Below, piece by piece: positions 13,770 to 25,300 of a stretch of DNA of 64,000 nucleotides; the stretch's first letter is position 1; each line of letters opens with the position of its first letter. Source of the DNA: Macrostomum lignano. Taxonomy: Eukaryota. Where the stretch lies: contig NIVC01001185.1 of assembly GCA_002269645.1 (NCBI GenBank), forward strand, positions 186,001 through 250,000, read 5' to 3'. The notes beneath the pieces are model-generated. The model did not search any database and was not told the DNA's origin. It worked only from the letters and a program-made list of their open reading frames with translations. Both the position numbers and the translations under genes were made by a program.

Positions 13770-14473
13770 ACGAAGGTTTTGTGTGACTATTGGCGAATTA
13801 CAAGCTGACAAGCAGTTGGAGTTTTTTCAGTGAAGCTTCCAATGCTGCTCCTTTGTAAATCTTTGTAAAGTTTAAATTGTAATTGGCTAAACTTTGGAAA
13901 TTAACTTTTCGATCAGATAGTAAATGAACTGCAGTTGAAATACGAGTACGTTTAGAAGGTGAATTTACTTGAGCCTTACTAGAAAGTTTACTGCCGACTA
14001 AATTATTTAGTAACTATAATGCAGTTTTGTTAGCATAATCCTAATCTTCTCTCTCTTAACAGTTATTTAACTTCTCTAGAAAAAATGTTTGCATATCAAT
14101 GCTGCTGTTAATTCTATTGTTTTTGTTCTAATTGCTCCAAGTAAGTCAGATAGTTTTAGGTTCAGGATCAGAGTTCGTAATAAAATCAGCGTTTTCTAAC
14201 AACTTTCGACTTTTAAAAGCTAGGGGATAAAAACAAGTGTAAAATTGTTTCTTTTTTGAGGCTTTTAGCGTCTGTTTTCAACGCAAAATAGAATATGGCT
14301 CAGGTGCATCAGACAGCTGCTCAGTGCTTTTCTGCACCCGTCTCCACGTTGATAATTTACAACATTATAGCTATAATACTTTATTCACAGACTGTGTTCC
14401 TATCTAACAGGTACATATAAAATGCTGCCATGTCCACCTTGTGATTATCAATCCACCAGGACAGGAAGATAAA

Positions 14474-14673
14474 ATGGCATTTTACCTGTTAGATAAAGAC
14501 ACTCACCTTGTGGCTAGAGTGGCATTTTACCTGTTAGATAAAGACACTCACCTTGTGGCTAGAGTGGCATTTTACCTGTTAGATAAAGACACTCACCTTG
14601 TGGCTAGAGTGGCAGTTTACCTGTTAGATAAAGACACTCACCTTGTGGCTAGAGTGGCATTTTACCTGTTAGA
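14474..14673. repeat. 45-bp tandem repeat, about 4.4 copies
   Basis: Unit GTGGCATTTTACCTGTTAGATAAAGACACTCACCTTGTGGCTAGA, near-identical copies. Confidence 0.95.
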
Positions 14674-15662
14674 AAACAATACTTTCAGACTTTGGTGACG
14701 CCGTGTATGGTATAACGCCACTGTTTCCTTTTTATTATGAATGCTTTTACATAGTTTTTCCCCACTCTTAGTAACATATTTTTTATGATTTCATGTGAAT
14801 ATCTTTAAACTCTTAGAATGTTTTAACAACTGGTTAAGTGCATATGCGCCCCTACACTTATTTTCGATACTCATAAGCTATATGCTTATTTTATCGACTC
14901 TTTATATCTCGCTTTGGAGGGTCTCAAGGCCCATCTGAATACTCTCGTAAAGTAGATTTGCTTCCTTTTAGCCATATGTCTGCAGGTCTTAAAGTTATGT
15001 GATTAATATAACTCCAGTACGTTTTACACCTTTAGCACGCTGCATCTCTACGAGTATCTGGTTCAGACCTGACGACTTGAGCAGCTAAGTTCCATAACAT
15101 TCTTATGAAACATTTTCTCTGGTTATTAAATGTAAATTACATGTAAAATATTACTGTCTGATATAAACGAGTCTTTTTATCGGTGCATCGCTCAAAATTT
15201 GAAACGTTCTAGTGATATACACTTGTACGAAAGAGTTGTTAGAGATCCGATTATGTCAGAAAAAGTTCAATTTATTATATAATTTTCCTAGAATTGTTTG
15301 GCCTGTTGTGCTGAAACAAAAACAAAAAGTTAATAGCAGGATTGATTTTCGACATCCTTTTAGAAATTAAAACGAACTGTTGAGATGAGATTTACGATTT
15401 TGAACAAAACTGCACAGCAATGAATCTACATGTAAAAATTTTGTCAGCAATGTTTTTACAAGCAAAGCAAAAATTACATTCGCATTTCAGACACTAATAT
15501 CCAATGAAATTCATTGAAATTCATTGAAATTAAAATTTTCCCAAGCTAATTAGTACGAAAGTCTGCAACATCAAAGCAGCAGCGTTCAAATATTCGGTCG
15601 AAAAGTCAAAGTCTTTGTTGGATTGAAAAAACGTAAACTCTAAAAGTTACTCGACGTTTGTT

Positions 15663-16620
15663 TCAGCCGATGACGGAAAAGAATTCGCGGATCTCGCTCT
15701 CAGACATGGTGACGTTGCTCATAGCGATGGCCCGCACAGTTCCTTGGAACATTTGAGTGTTATTGAGTCGCTTGCCGAACCTGAAGCAGTTCTGAGGCAG
15801 CAGAGTATAGTCAACTAGCAATCAGGCTGAAGGTGGCCGTCGGCAAGAAGGTGTCGTTCACGAACACTCCCCACGAGTCAGCCGCTGGAGTCGATGTGAA
15901 GCCGATGTTCACCCACTCGTTGGCGTTCGAAGTCAGCGCAGTTGTAGAAGTTTGATAACGTGTTGGAGCGGCACCGGCATCGGTTTTGAACACAACATAG
16001 GGTGTAGAAGGAATGTCGTACGAGCCCTCCCAGATACGGTGGTAGAAGGGTCCGGTGTCGAAGTCAGAGCAGTTTAGAAAATCGAAGAAGAGCTGCACCT
16101 GCGGCTGCCGCTTCATCCTGAGCAGCACCGTGACGCCTGTGCCGAACCCGATGTCGCTCTTGTTCATGGCCAGAAACGAGCTGCTCCCATCGAACGCGGC
16201 GCCCTCCTCTGTCCACTGGACTCCGATCGGATAAATTCGGTTGGTCTCTTCGTCAGCCTGGCACACGACATTCTCAAATGCAGACATGTCGTCTCCAAGC
16301 CACACGTTTGTAAGCTTCGGATTGAGCTGAGCCGGATATTTGATCGGAAATCGGATGAGCACTCGGCAGTCGCTGCTCGCACCGCCAGAGACAAAGTCGC
16401 GACGCACGGACTGGTAGCGGAAGAGACTGCAGCGGAGAGAGGCCGGCTTGAACTGGGCAACGAGAATGCCGGATGGAAAGGCATCGGTCGCCTGCATGCT
16501 GCAGTGCTGTTCTGTGAATGCCTTGGAGATGCGGAATGCGGCAGCATCGGACAGGCACTGCACCTGCACCTGAGTCCAGGTGTCTCCGGACCTGCACTGG
16601 CAGGCAGGCATCAGAGCCAT
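15663..16620 (-). pseudogene. PAN-like + LamG/ConA-like secreted protein, frameshifted copy
   Basis: Paralogue of 12957-13769 with an extra Cys-containing N-terminus. ATTGCTAGTTGACTATACT versus ATTGTTAATTCTAACTATACT shows a net 2-nt loss giving TGA at 15811; homology continues to the ancestral stop at 15663. An assembly indel cannot be excluded. Confidence 0.6.
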
Positions 16621-17914
16621 CAGCTCAAGCGCTGACAGTAGTATCCACCAAATTGAAAAGTCACAGTATATTTTACGAGTATTATACCTTTCAGTATTTA
16701 TGGATCAAAATTAACTTGCATTTTATCGTTTCTTACCTTGCATTTAAGGCGTGCAGAACTGAAGTTCTGAACAGTTTTAGACAGATGCGGCTCTAAAATT
16801 CAGTGATAAATTTAGCGATCTAGCGATAAACGAAGACTGGCATTTAATTTATTTGAGTTTCTCGCACGGGTTGATTGATTAGTTCTGCTAACAATCGATC
16901 CCGAGTTGGCACTTACAAGGTTGAGTGCAGGATGCATCAGCTGGCTGCATCTCCAAGCAGCTGTCAGTTCCTTATCGCTAGGCAATTTATGCAGTGAGTC
17001 GCAGGCTTTGCAGCTGTGTGAAATGTATTCGTACAGGAAACTGGCTCATTTCGTATGGCAAGTGGGATTCTTCAACTTGCCTCTCCAGTTATTTTGGGGT
17101 TTCTCTAGCACGGATGTAGGAGAGACAATCGAAAACCCACCTCGTTAGCAATAATCGATAAAAAGAAATTGAAACAAACATGCTCTACAGAAGACGCCCG
17201 AGTGTCTCCTTCTTGTTAGTTTTTTAACATAGCTGAGTGATGCAGAACGGCAAGCTATATTCCCTATTAATACATATACTCGTAGCTTATTATAGATTTT
17301 TAGTTGAACCATGATTACCCCTAAAAAATGGAATGCTATTCAATAATTTTCAAAAGAAAAACCTGCCGACAAAGGATACTGGTAGAACTATAGTAAAAAA
17401 TTAACACTTAGATGATCAAACTGCTTTGATAGTTAATGTAATAACCTTTTTCAATCTTCGTCATTAGAGTTTTAAAGTACTATTTCTAAACTTATTTAAT
17501 AATCGCGAAATTTAAAATTATTTCATCATATGATGACTTAGAATCTCGTCGCATCGAGTGCAGATCGGAAGGTAAAGCTGTCACACGAAGACAGAACTCT
17601 GACAGATCTTGAGGTAATAAACTGGCAGTCAGCCAGCCTTGGACGAAAATTGATCCAGAAGGGATCCGCACAAATTTTAAGAGATGGAGCTCTCGAGCTG
17701 GGAAGATGCATCAACAAGTCCAGGAACAAGCAGAATGAAAGCATTCAAAAAACAGCAAAACGCAATGAAACAGCAGTTCAGGCAAACGGAATACGTCAAA
17801 AAGCTACTCCCAGTTCAAGTAAAAATAGTATATTTGCTAACAACATACGGCAGAGAAGCTGATTACCGCCGTCATGGCACTGTATCATGGCACGAGCGCT
17901 GCTGTGCTGACACC

Positions 17915-18548
17915 GGATGACCTGTCGGATTCTTTGAGACAACCTCTGTGATGCTTCAGGGAGATACGCGTGCGCCGTTCCTGTTCGTCCTGGTCCTTGA
18001 CTGGGTGCTGCGGACCGCTTTTCCTTCTAACGACGACGGCTTGCTGCTGCAGCGACGCGTGGGTCGACGCCAATCGGAGAGGCTGCTCAGATTCTAGTTG
18101 TTCTCAGATTCTCGCCATGTTTCCTCGACCGTCGAGGGCGTCCAGCGCCAGCCGGATCAGCTGGTAAGCGTTGCGGCGAGCGTCGGGCAGTCAACATGCA
18201 AAAGTGTCGTTCTGTGTGCCGGGCGACACCGAGGCTGCTATCAAGCTATTTTCTGCAGAGGCGCTGACGAACAGGTGAAGAAGCTACCACGCTGTCAGCA
18301 GTTCGTGTACGTCGGTGGTCTGGTGCCTGACGCTCGCTAAGATCTGCAGTCCGAGGCCCTGCCTGACCACTAGAGGGCGGCGCTGTTCCAGGCGGTGATC
18401 GAGACCGTCCTGTTGTACAACGCCGAGACCTGGACGGTGACGGATTCGCTCGAACAGCTGGTCGATGGGGTGCACGCTGGCCTGCTGCTCGCCACCCTCA
18501 AGATCGGCTACGAGCGAGTCACGAATATGGTACTTTTTCGTCGCACCA
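17915..18548 (+). mobile_element. RTE-like RT/C-terminal fragment, degenerate
   Basis: QGDT.APFLFVLVLDWVLR and LFQAVIETVLLYNAETWT motifs with stops and frameshifts. Confidence 0.75.
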
Positions 18549-18550
18549 AC

Positions 18551-19170
18551 CTGTCCTTCTGTCTCAGATGGATCTTCGCTGGTCCAGTGGGAGGGTGTTG
18601 GGCATAGACGCAGATGATGTGAAGCCGCCGCCTGTCTTTCCCAGCAAAGGAAGCGTGTCTCAGGCGCTCAGATGAACCTGATGTCCAGCAGCGCTCTGGA
18701 TGCGGCGGGCGAGAGTAGGAAGCCGATGCCTCAAATTCTCTGGGGAGTGGCTGGGGCAGCCTTGAACTATCAGCTTAGGCCCAGATCCACAGTCTCGTCA
18801 GAGTTCTGCCGCCGATGTTCAAGGATGGAGATGTTGAGGTCGGTTGCCAGCCTTGTCAGCTCCTGCTATCTCCATGTCTGACTGAGAGTGTGGGCATTGA
18901 AGGTGGCGACTTGTCTCCTTCTTGGCTCTGCTTGTGCGTGCATTGCGTGTGGGGAGTTGGGTGGAAGCACTGGCCCTCGAGGCTACGGTTTGGCAGACCG
19001 CGAGTCCTGGTGGGTCCGACGAGCTTTGGCGCGGAGCTCTTTGCGCCGTGTATTAAAGGGCTGCCGGAGGCGCTTGGAGGCCTCCTGACTTCGTTGTCCC
19101 CTGTAAGTCGCCAGCTTGGCTGCGCCGCGCTATCAATGGCGGCTCGACCCGTTGGCACCTAACCGATGCT
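18551..19170 (-). mobile_element. RTE-like endonuclease 5' fragment (same family as 11605-11970)
   Basis: 18551-18910 aligns closely by eye with 11605-11970. Confidence 0.75.
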
Positions 19171-20012
19171 ATGGCCGGAGGTGAGCGACGTACTAAACTC
19201 TGACGCAAGGCTTGAAAATTAAATAGCCAGCTGAAAATTAACTAGCAATGATATTAGAATAATACATGGCAACACCCGTCTTACTTGGCCGCTGGTTGCC
19301 TTGCGATTCACACTCCATAAGAGCCAAGCCCAAAAGTACAGAGAGTTGCCCGACGATTTAGAAGTCAAGGCCGCTGTACACCCTGTGTGAGCGTGTTGTA
19401 TGAGTGCGTGCCTGCGTACAGTATTATTTCACGTTTGTATGGCTCTTATCTCCAGGAAATATTGTTTTACTGTACACATGCACATTTCGTTCCGTAATGG
19501 CCACGTATGATCATGATTTGGTATTAAAGGCTTAAAATTATCCTTGCCGATTCAGACTACAGTACTTTTATTATTGTATTTAGTTAGCCATGTAAACACA
19601 AAATAGTGTAATCTTATGCTTTTCCGTCAGAATTATGCGCAGTGCTTCTCAAATCGTCAAAGTCTTCCTCGTGCAGTGCTCAAGCATTAACTGTAAATTA
19701 TATAGCGGTGCAAGCTAACACAGAGGCTCAAAGCGGTGCAAGCCAGCACAGAGGCTCAAATTCTTGCCACTAGTTGGGCTAGGAAAAAGAGAGTACATTA
19801 ATGTTAAGAAGCAGGGGTAGATTGTGCATTTGAGCAAAAGAGCCATTTGGCTTCGAGTACTCACAGCCATAATATACCTGCCACCTTTTGCTGCAGTTGC
19901 TAAGGTGAAAAGACAGCCATAGACAGACTGAGAAGCAGCACAAAAGAAAGATAATTCAGGCCAAAAAAAAGAGCAGCTAAAGCAAGAGCTGGTCATTTCG
20001 CAGCATCCTACT

Positions 20013-20798
20013 ATGCTACATCATCAGCGCCGGCAGTCGCCGCCTTCGTCAGCCGCAGCTGATGCCGAGCCAAAGCCGGCCCCAGTAGCCGTCGAGCCCG
20101 AGCCGGTGGACATATTTCTGACCCACGTGCCGGCCAATCTGCGAGCCAAATTCGGCAAGGCGCGCTGTCGAGCTCTGCTAGCTGATCAAGACGAAGTGCA
20201 GCAAGCCTGGAACCGACTCTTAGCCGATGGCTCCGGTCAGACAGCGGCATCGACTCGACGTCCACCGCAACGATTGCCGCCACTCTATGATGACAGGCAG
20301 CAGCAGCAGCAACAACAGTCCATAGACTGGTACTCCCTGCTCAGCGAGCAGTTCAACTCGGACTACTCACCGGGAGTGACAGCCACCAGGCGGCTCGGTC
20401 ACAACCGAGAGACTCACGGCGGTGCAGTGTTCGCTCCAGAGGCCGGTGCCTACAACGAAGACAACTGGAGACGGCCGCACCGGCTGCGCAAGGACGAATT
20501 CTCTGCCTACAACGAGATCGTTCATGTTGAGCGAAAGTTCAACAACCAGTGGCAGACTGAGCAGCAGGCGGCGGCGGAGGCGCCAAAGATGAAACCGGTG
20601 CAGCGTCAGCCGCCACCACTTCCACCGCCCGCCGTCAAGTTTCAGCAGCAGCAGCAATCGCTCCAACCTTCGGCTTCAATTCTTTCCAATAACAGCAGCG
20701 GCAAGGCTCACGTAGCCAAACACGTGACCATTGAGGACCAAGCTGGACCGGGAGACAAGCTTCAAAGGGCAAACACTGTGCAGCGGAGTGAACAATGA
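20013..20798 (+). CDS. Hypothetical Q/P-rich protein, 261 aa
   Basis: Single GC-rich ATG-to-TGA ORF with coding-like codon usage in AT-rich flanks; no family recognised. Confidence 0.55.
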   Translation: MLHHQRRQSPPSSAAADAEPKPAPVAVEPEPVDIFLTHVPANLRAKFGKARCRALLADQDEVQQAWNRLLADGSGQTAASTRRPPQRLPPLYDDRQQQQQQQSIDWYSLLSEQFNSDYSPGVTATRRLGHNRETHGGAVFAPEAGAYNEDNWRRPHRLRKDEFSAYNEIVHVERKFNNQWQTEQQAAAEAPKMKPVQRQPPPLPPPAVKFQQQQQSLQPSASILSNNSSGKAHVAKHVTIEDQAGPGDKLQRANTVQRSEQ

Positions 20799-21162
20799 AA
20801 TTCGAGTTATCTTGACGATTAAGTGTAAAGAACTTGGAAAAACTTTATAGAACCACGAATATGTTGTACATTGACAGAAAACCGAAAAAACCCTAACTTT
20901 AAACCTTTACTAAAGTTTTTTTTTAACCATCAAAGCCCAACATTTTTGTTAGTTCGTTTGACAGCATATAGTTTAATCTCAATATTCCGAAAAATTTGTT
21001 GATACGCATGCATATGATTCTACTATAAATGTATCAATTAGTATAATTAGTAGGTGTAGCTATCGCTATACGGTGTAACTCGACTCGAAGGACAAGGGGC
21101 CTTGGTGGCAGGCTAACTGTCGGAAATAGAGCGTCGACCAACAACAAAAAAGTAGTATTGTA

Positions 21163-21475
21163 CAATAATAATAATAATAATTGACTACACCTGCATGCCC
21201 CAATGGCCAGATGTGCAACCGACAGCTCAGCCGCAGCTATTGCGCGGCGCATCTGAAGGCTGCGTACGGCTGTTCAGTCCAAGGACTGGGGGGTCGCCAC
21301 ACACAGCCTCAATTACCCCAGCTAATGCTGGCACCCATTTTACAGCTGGGTGAACTGAAGCAATGCAGAGTTAAGTGGTTTTGCTCAAGGACACAAATTG
21401 TTCCTGTGGATTACTAGGGAATCGAATCCCCGACCTTCAAGTCGTGAGTCCGGCACTCTAACCAGTAGGTTAAAA
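21163..21475 (-). mobile_element. tRNA-derived CORE-type SINE, copy 2
   Basis: Homologous to 935-1197, with a tRNA-like head near 21410-21472 and an (ATT)n tail at 21165-21182. Confidence 0.75.
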
Positions 21476-22353
21476 CCTATAATAAAATTATAATAAACAC
21501 AATACGAAAATATACTAAAATTATTTTGTTACAATCGACGACATATTCATCAATCCTGTAAATCAAACCAACGAACACAAAAGCAGCAATTCTCACCAGC
21601 TCACTACTACATGCAAAGCAAGCAGATACAATACACAAAATAGAAAAACTACAATAAATTGAATTCTTTCAAACGAATACAGGCGTCAATGCAATTACAC
21701 GTATAGATAAAGCAAATAAATATACTCGTACTGTACTAGGAGCTCCGTGACGAAAAGACGTGACATCCACTAATTAGGGTAATGCCTAGAGAGTAAGGGC
21801 TAGTAACCCAAGGGACAGGGGCGCTTAACAAGAGACGGAAACCCCGGCCCATGCTCGAATACAATTGAAACAGGCGCCCACCTAAGACACAGGCCACTGC
21901 GCACGTGAACAGTTTGCTAGCATAGCATAATAAAATTTGTTATACTGCACATCTTTCTTTTCATCGCTACTATGAGTATAATACTAATACAGAACAAAGT
22001 AATATAAAATACACACTAGAACCACAGAAGAAAAAACTTTTAAGCGCAATAAAACGTTCGGTGTGTACTTTCGGTGAAAATATTATGGACATTGGGTGAA
22101 AATTCATGGTCACTCAAGGTCGGGGAGCCAGTTCAAAATGTAACGTTACAGAGTTGCTACAATAGAATTTAATTTAACGCATTTCAATGAAAAGCCTCAG
22201 CTTGAACACACAACAGCCCGTATTCAACTCAAATAAGTGTGAAAGGCAAATTCGAATAGTTTGCTTGGAATAAAATCACGTACACTGTTAATATTGATTG
22301 TTCGAAACCGCGCTTCCAAAAATACTGACCAAAGTTAAAGAGTTGATGACTCG

Positions 22354-25300
22354 TCATTTGATGAAATTTTTGTCGGTGAAAATCCGATACAGCGGCATAA
22401 TTTGATCAGGATTGGAAATAATCAGCATCTGACAGTGCTGCTCGTCTTGCAGTGCAGACGCGGACTGCTTTACTCTGATGGTATCGTAGCTGCCGGAGCT
22501 AGACCGTTTGTCGTGATCCACCTCTTTTCCCAGCAGCAGTTTGCACAATAGCAGTGCGTTTCCGTACTTCTGCGACTCTTCCGTGAACTCAGAAAAGTAG
22601 ATGCCCGGACCGAAAGCCTTTCGAACACATTTCTCTCTCCGAAAATTCTCCCGGAAGATGGCCTCTGCATTTTCCCGGCTTGTCCCGTGAAATGCGAACA
22701 CGTATCTGCTAGACTCATTGTCTCCGTACTTGGACACAAATTCATTTTGCTTGGCCTCAAACTTTTCCTCCAGGCTGGGGTTCCGATTCACCCACACCTC
22801 AGTGATCTTGCCGAAGCGCTGAATGTTGCCATCAACTCGGTTATACTCGGCTTGAACAACTGCAAGCTGTATACTCTCTGGACTGTCCCTCTTATACCGA
22901 CTCGGCGATATCTTCACAACGCCACTATTGGCAAGTAACTGCGCGTGTTCGATCCTCGGCAAAGTGTTCAGGTCGTCGTAGTGGACGATGTACTTTGGCA
23001 GCGCTTGTCGGACGTCAAACACAACGTACTCGTCGAACATTACACCTTTCCTGGCCTTGCTTCCGCGAGGTGCAAATAGCGAGTCAAAGCCCTCTAGCTT
23101 TAGTTGGTGATGCGATGTGTACTCGTACGTGGCTTCTATCACAGTCTTCGATTTGCCAATGATCACTGAGCACAACAGCAGCATGTTTGAGCCCCTGGTA
23201 TAAATTTTTTGACTACTCTTCGAAGAATCAGTGGCAAAGTAGATCCCCGCGCCGTACATTCCTGGCTTTTGAGGAAGTCTAAAACCATCGTTGATAATGC
23301 TTTCGAGAGCGTTAACTGTGGTGCCGTGGAACTTTTGCTCAACTCTGGATGGGTCTACCGCCTCTAACTGGAATTGCAAATGACTTTTAAGCAAGAAAAG
23401 GTTAGAAACCTTTTCAATTCGAGTCACCTTTGCCCTCCAACCATGCTCAACCTGCACAAATTTCATCACTCTGTCTAAAACGTCAAAAAACTCTGAAGCG
23501 TCGGCTGTTGGATCTAAAGGTGTTCGAGTCACAGTTCTGATGTTCTGAGAATCCAGATTTTGTAGCTCACTTCTTGCAGCTTCTCTGATCAATTCCAGCG
23601 TCTTTAATTTTTCAGACTTTTCTTTCTCTTCTTTCACCAAGTTGCACACTTCGCATTTTTCTGGACTGCATGGCTCCCAGCACAGACGCTGGCATATGTG
23701 TCCGCAACCCTCGAGCTGTTTTTCACAAGGATGCGTGCACTGAACAGTCTCCTCTAACTGATGACATTCCCGCTCCATCTCGTGTCCGCAATGCTTCACT
23801 TTAAATTTTACTTTCACGAAACATTCTACGGTGCTACAGTCAACGTCGCAAGTAGCTGTGCAGCTGTGACCGCACGCTGGCAGTTTGCGTTGGCAAGACG
23901 ATTTGCACGGAGAAATCGAAAGCGGTTGACCATCAGCACCCTTAATCTCACAGCAAGGATGGCGGACTTTGTGACCACAATCTGGATAAGTATATGCGAC
24001 CAGGGCCTTGCACTGCTTCAACCAGCAGTTGCTACTACACTCACCTGTACGAGGGTGACCGCATGGAAGGAAACGGGTGCACATTTCTTTGCAAGTCATT
24101 GCGTTTCTGTCCTCATTACACTTGGTGTTAATTGTGTGACCGCAAGGAAATGTCAGGGAAACAGTTTTCGTGCACGTGAATAATGAACACGCCTCGTGAC
24201 ACTTCAGTGGACACGTCCCATGGCCGCAGGGCAGAGGCGTTTCGCAAGGCACGTAGCACTTATAAAAGCTGACAGGTTTGCTGCATTCTTTCTCTATGGA
24301 GTGTCCACAATCAGGAAACGTGTATGGTACTAACTCGGGGCATTTTGAATCCGCAATGCTCTGGTGACAGAACCTTTTCCCTTCATGACAACATTCAGGG
24401 TACTTGAAAGTCACAGTCTCTTTGCACTTTAAATGTTCATTTTCATGCTTCGGCTGACAGGGTTTTAGGCACTTGTGAACTCCACAAGGCATAGTTTCTG
24501 CACAGATCTGTTCGCAGAAGGGTGATTGCAAAGGTACTTCATCCGTGTTCGAAGCTAAAACTATTGTCTTTGAATGCTTCGGACACCTCAGAGAAATCAC
24601 AGGACCCAAGCAGTTCTGCATACGCATGTCATCGATCAGAGGTCTCCACACAGTTCCGCTTCTGCTTGCATAGATGCAGTCAGCGTTGCCTACAAACACC
24701 ATCGCGAGTCGAGCTCTCGACTGTGCAACACACCGTCTGTTGAGCGTCTTGAGAAAACCGATGTTATCACTGGTATTTGATCGAATTAGGGAGACAATCA
24801 CGACGTCATTTTCATCGCCTTGATACAGATCGATCGTGTGCACATTTACCTGCATTGTATCTTCTGACTGCAGGTCATGATGCTCTGTCTCTGCATGCAT
24901 TGGTTTCTGCGAAATAATTCCAGATGCCTGTAGAGCCTGCTTCATCAAGCGTCTAACCAGACTCGTTTGGCGCCTGTACGCGCAAAGAATCGTGATTTTG
25001 TCAGGAGAGCATCCCTGATCTACGAGAAACATTGCTAGTCGAACACACCTATTAGCTTCTTCTATGTTTGTCGCACCATGTTTTTCTGGCTCCTGCGTCT
25101 CCAGCTCGGTGTGCGTCCAGAAAAACATGGACTGGACAAAACATGGAGGTCTTAATTTGCGATTAACTACACGATGATTGTCTCGCAGATTGGGATAAAT
25201 GTCCCTCAATAAGAAACTAAACTCTGGTCTCATCCGATTCTGCAGTTCGAGCTGGTCGAAATTGATACCGTTATTAATGAGCCGCTCCATCATTGACAGG

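Noticed and set aside
17538-17920. Short overlapping ORFs upstream of the RTE fragment
   Set aside because: No recognisable motif or splice support; left unannotated.
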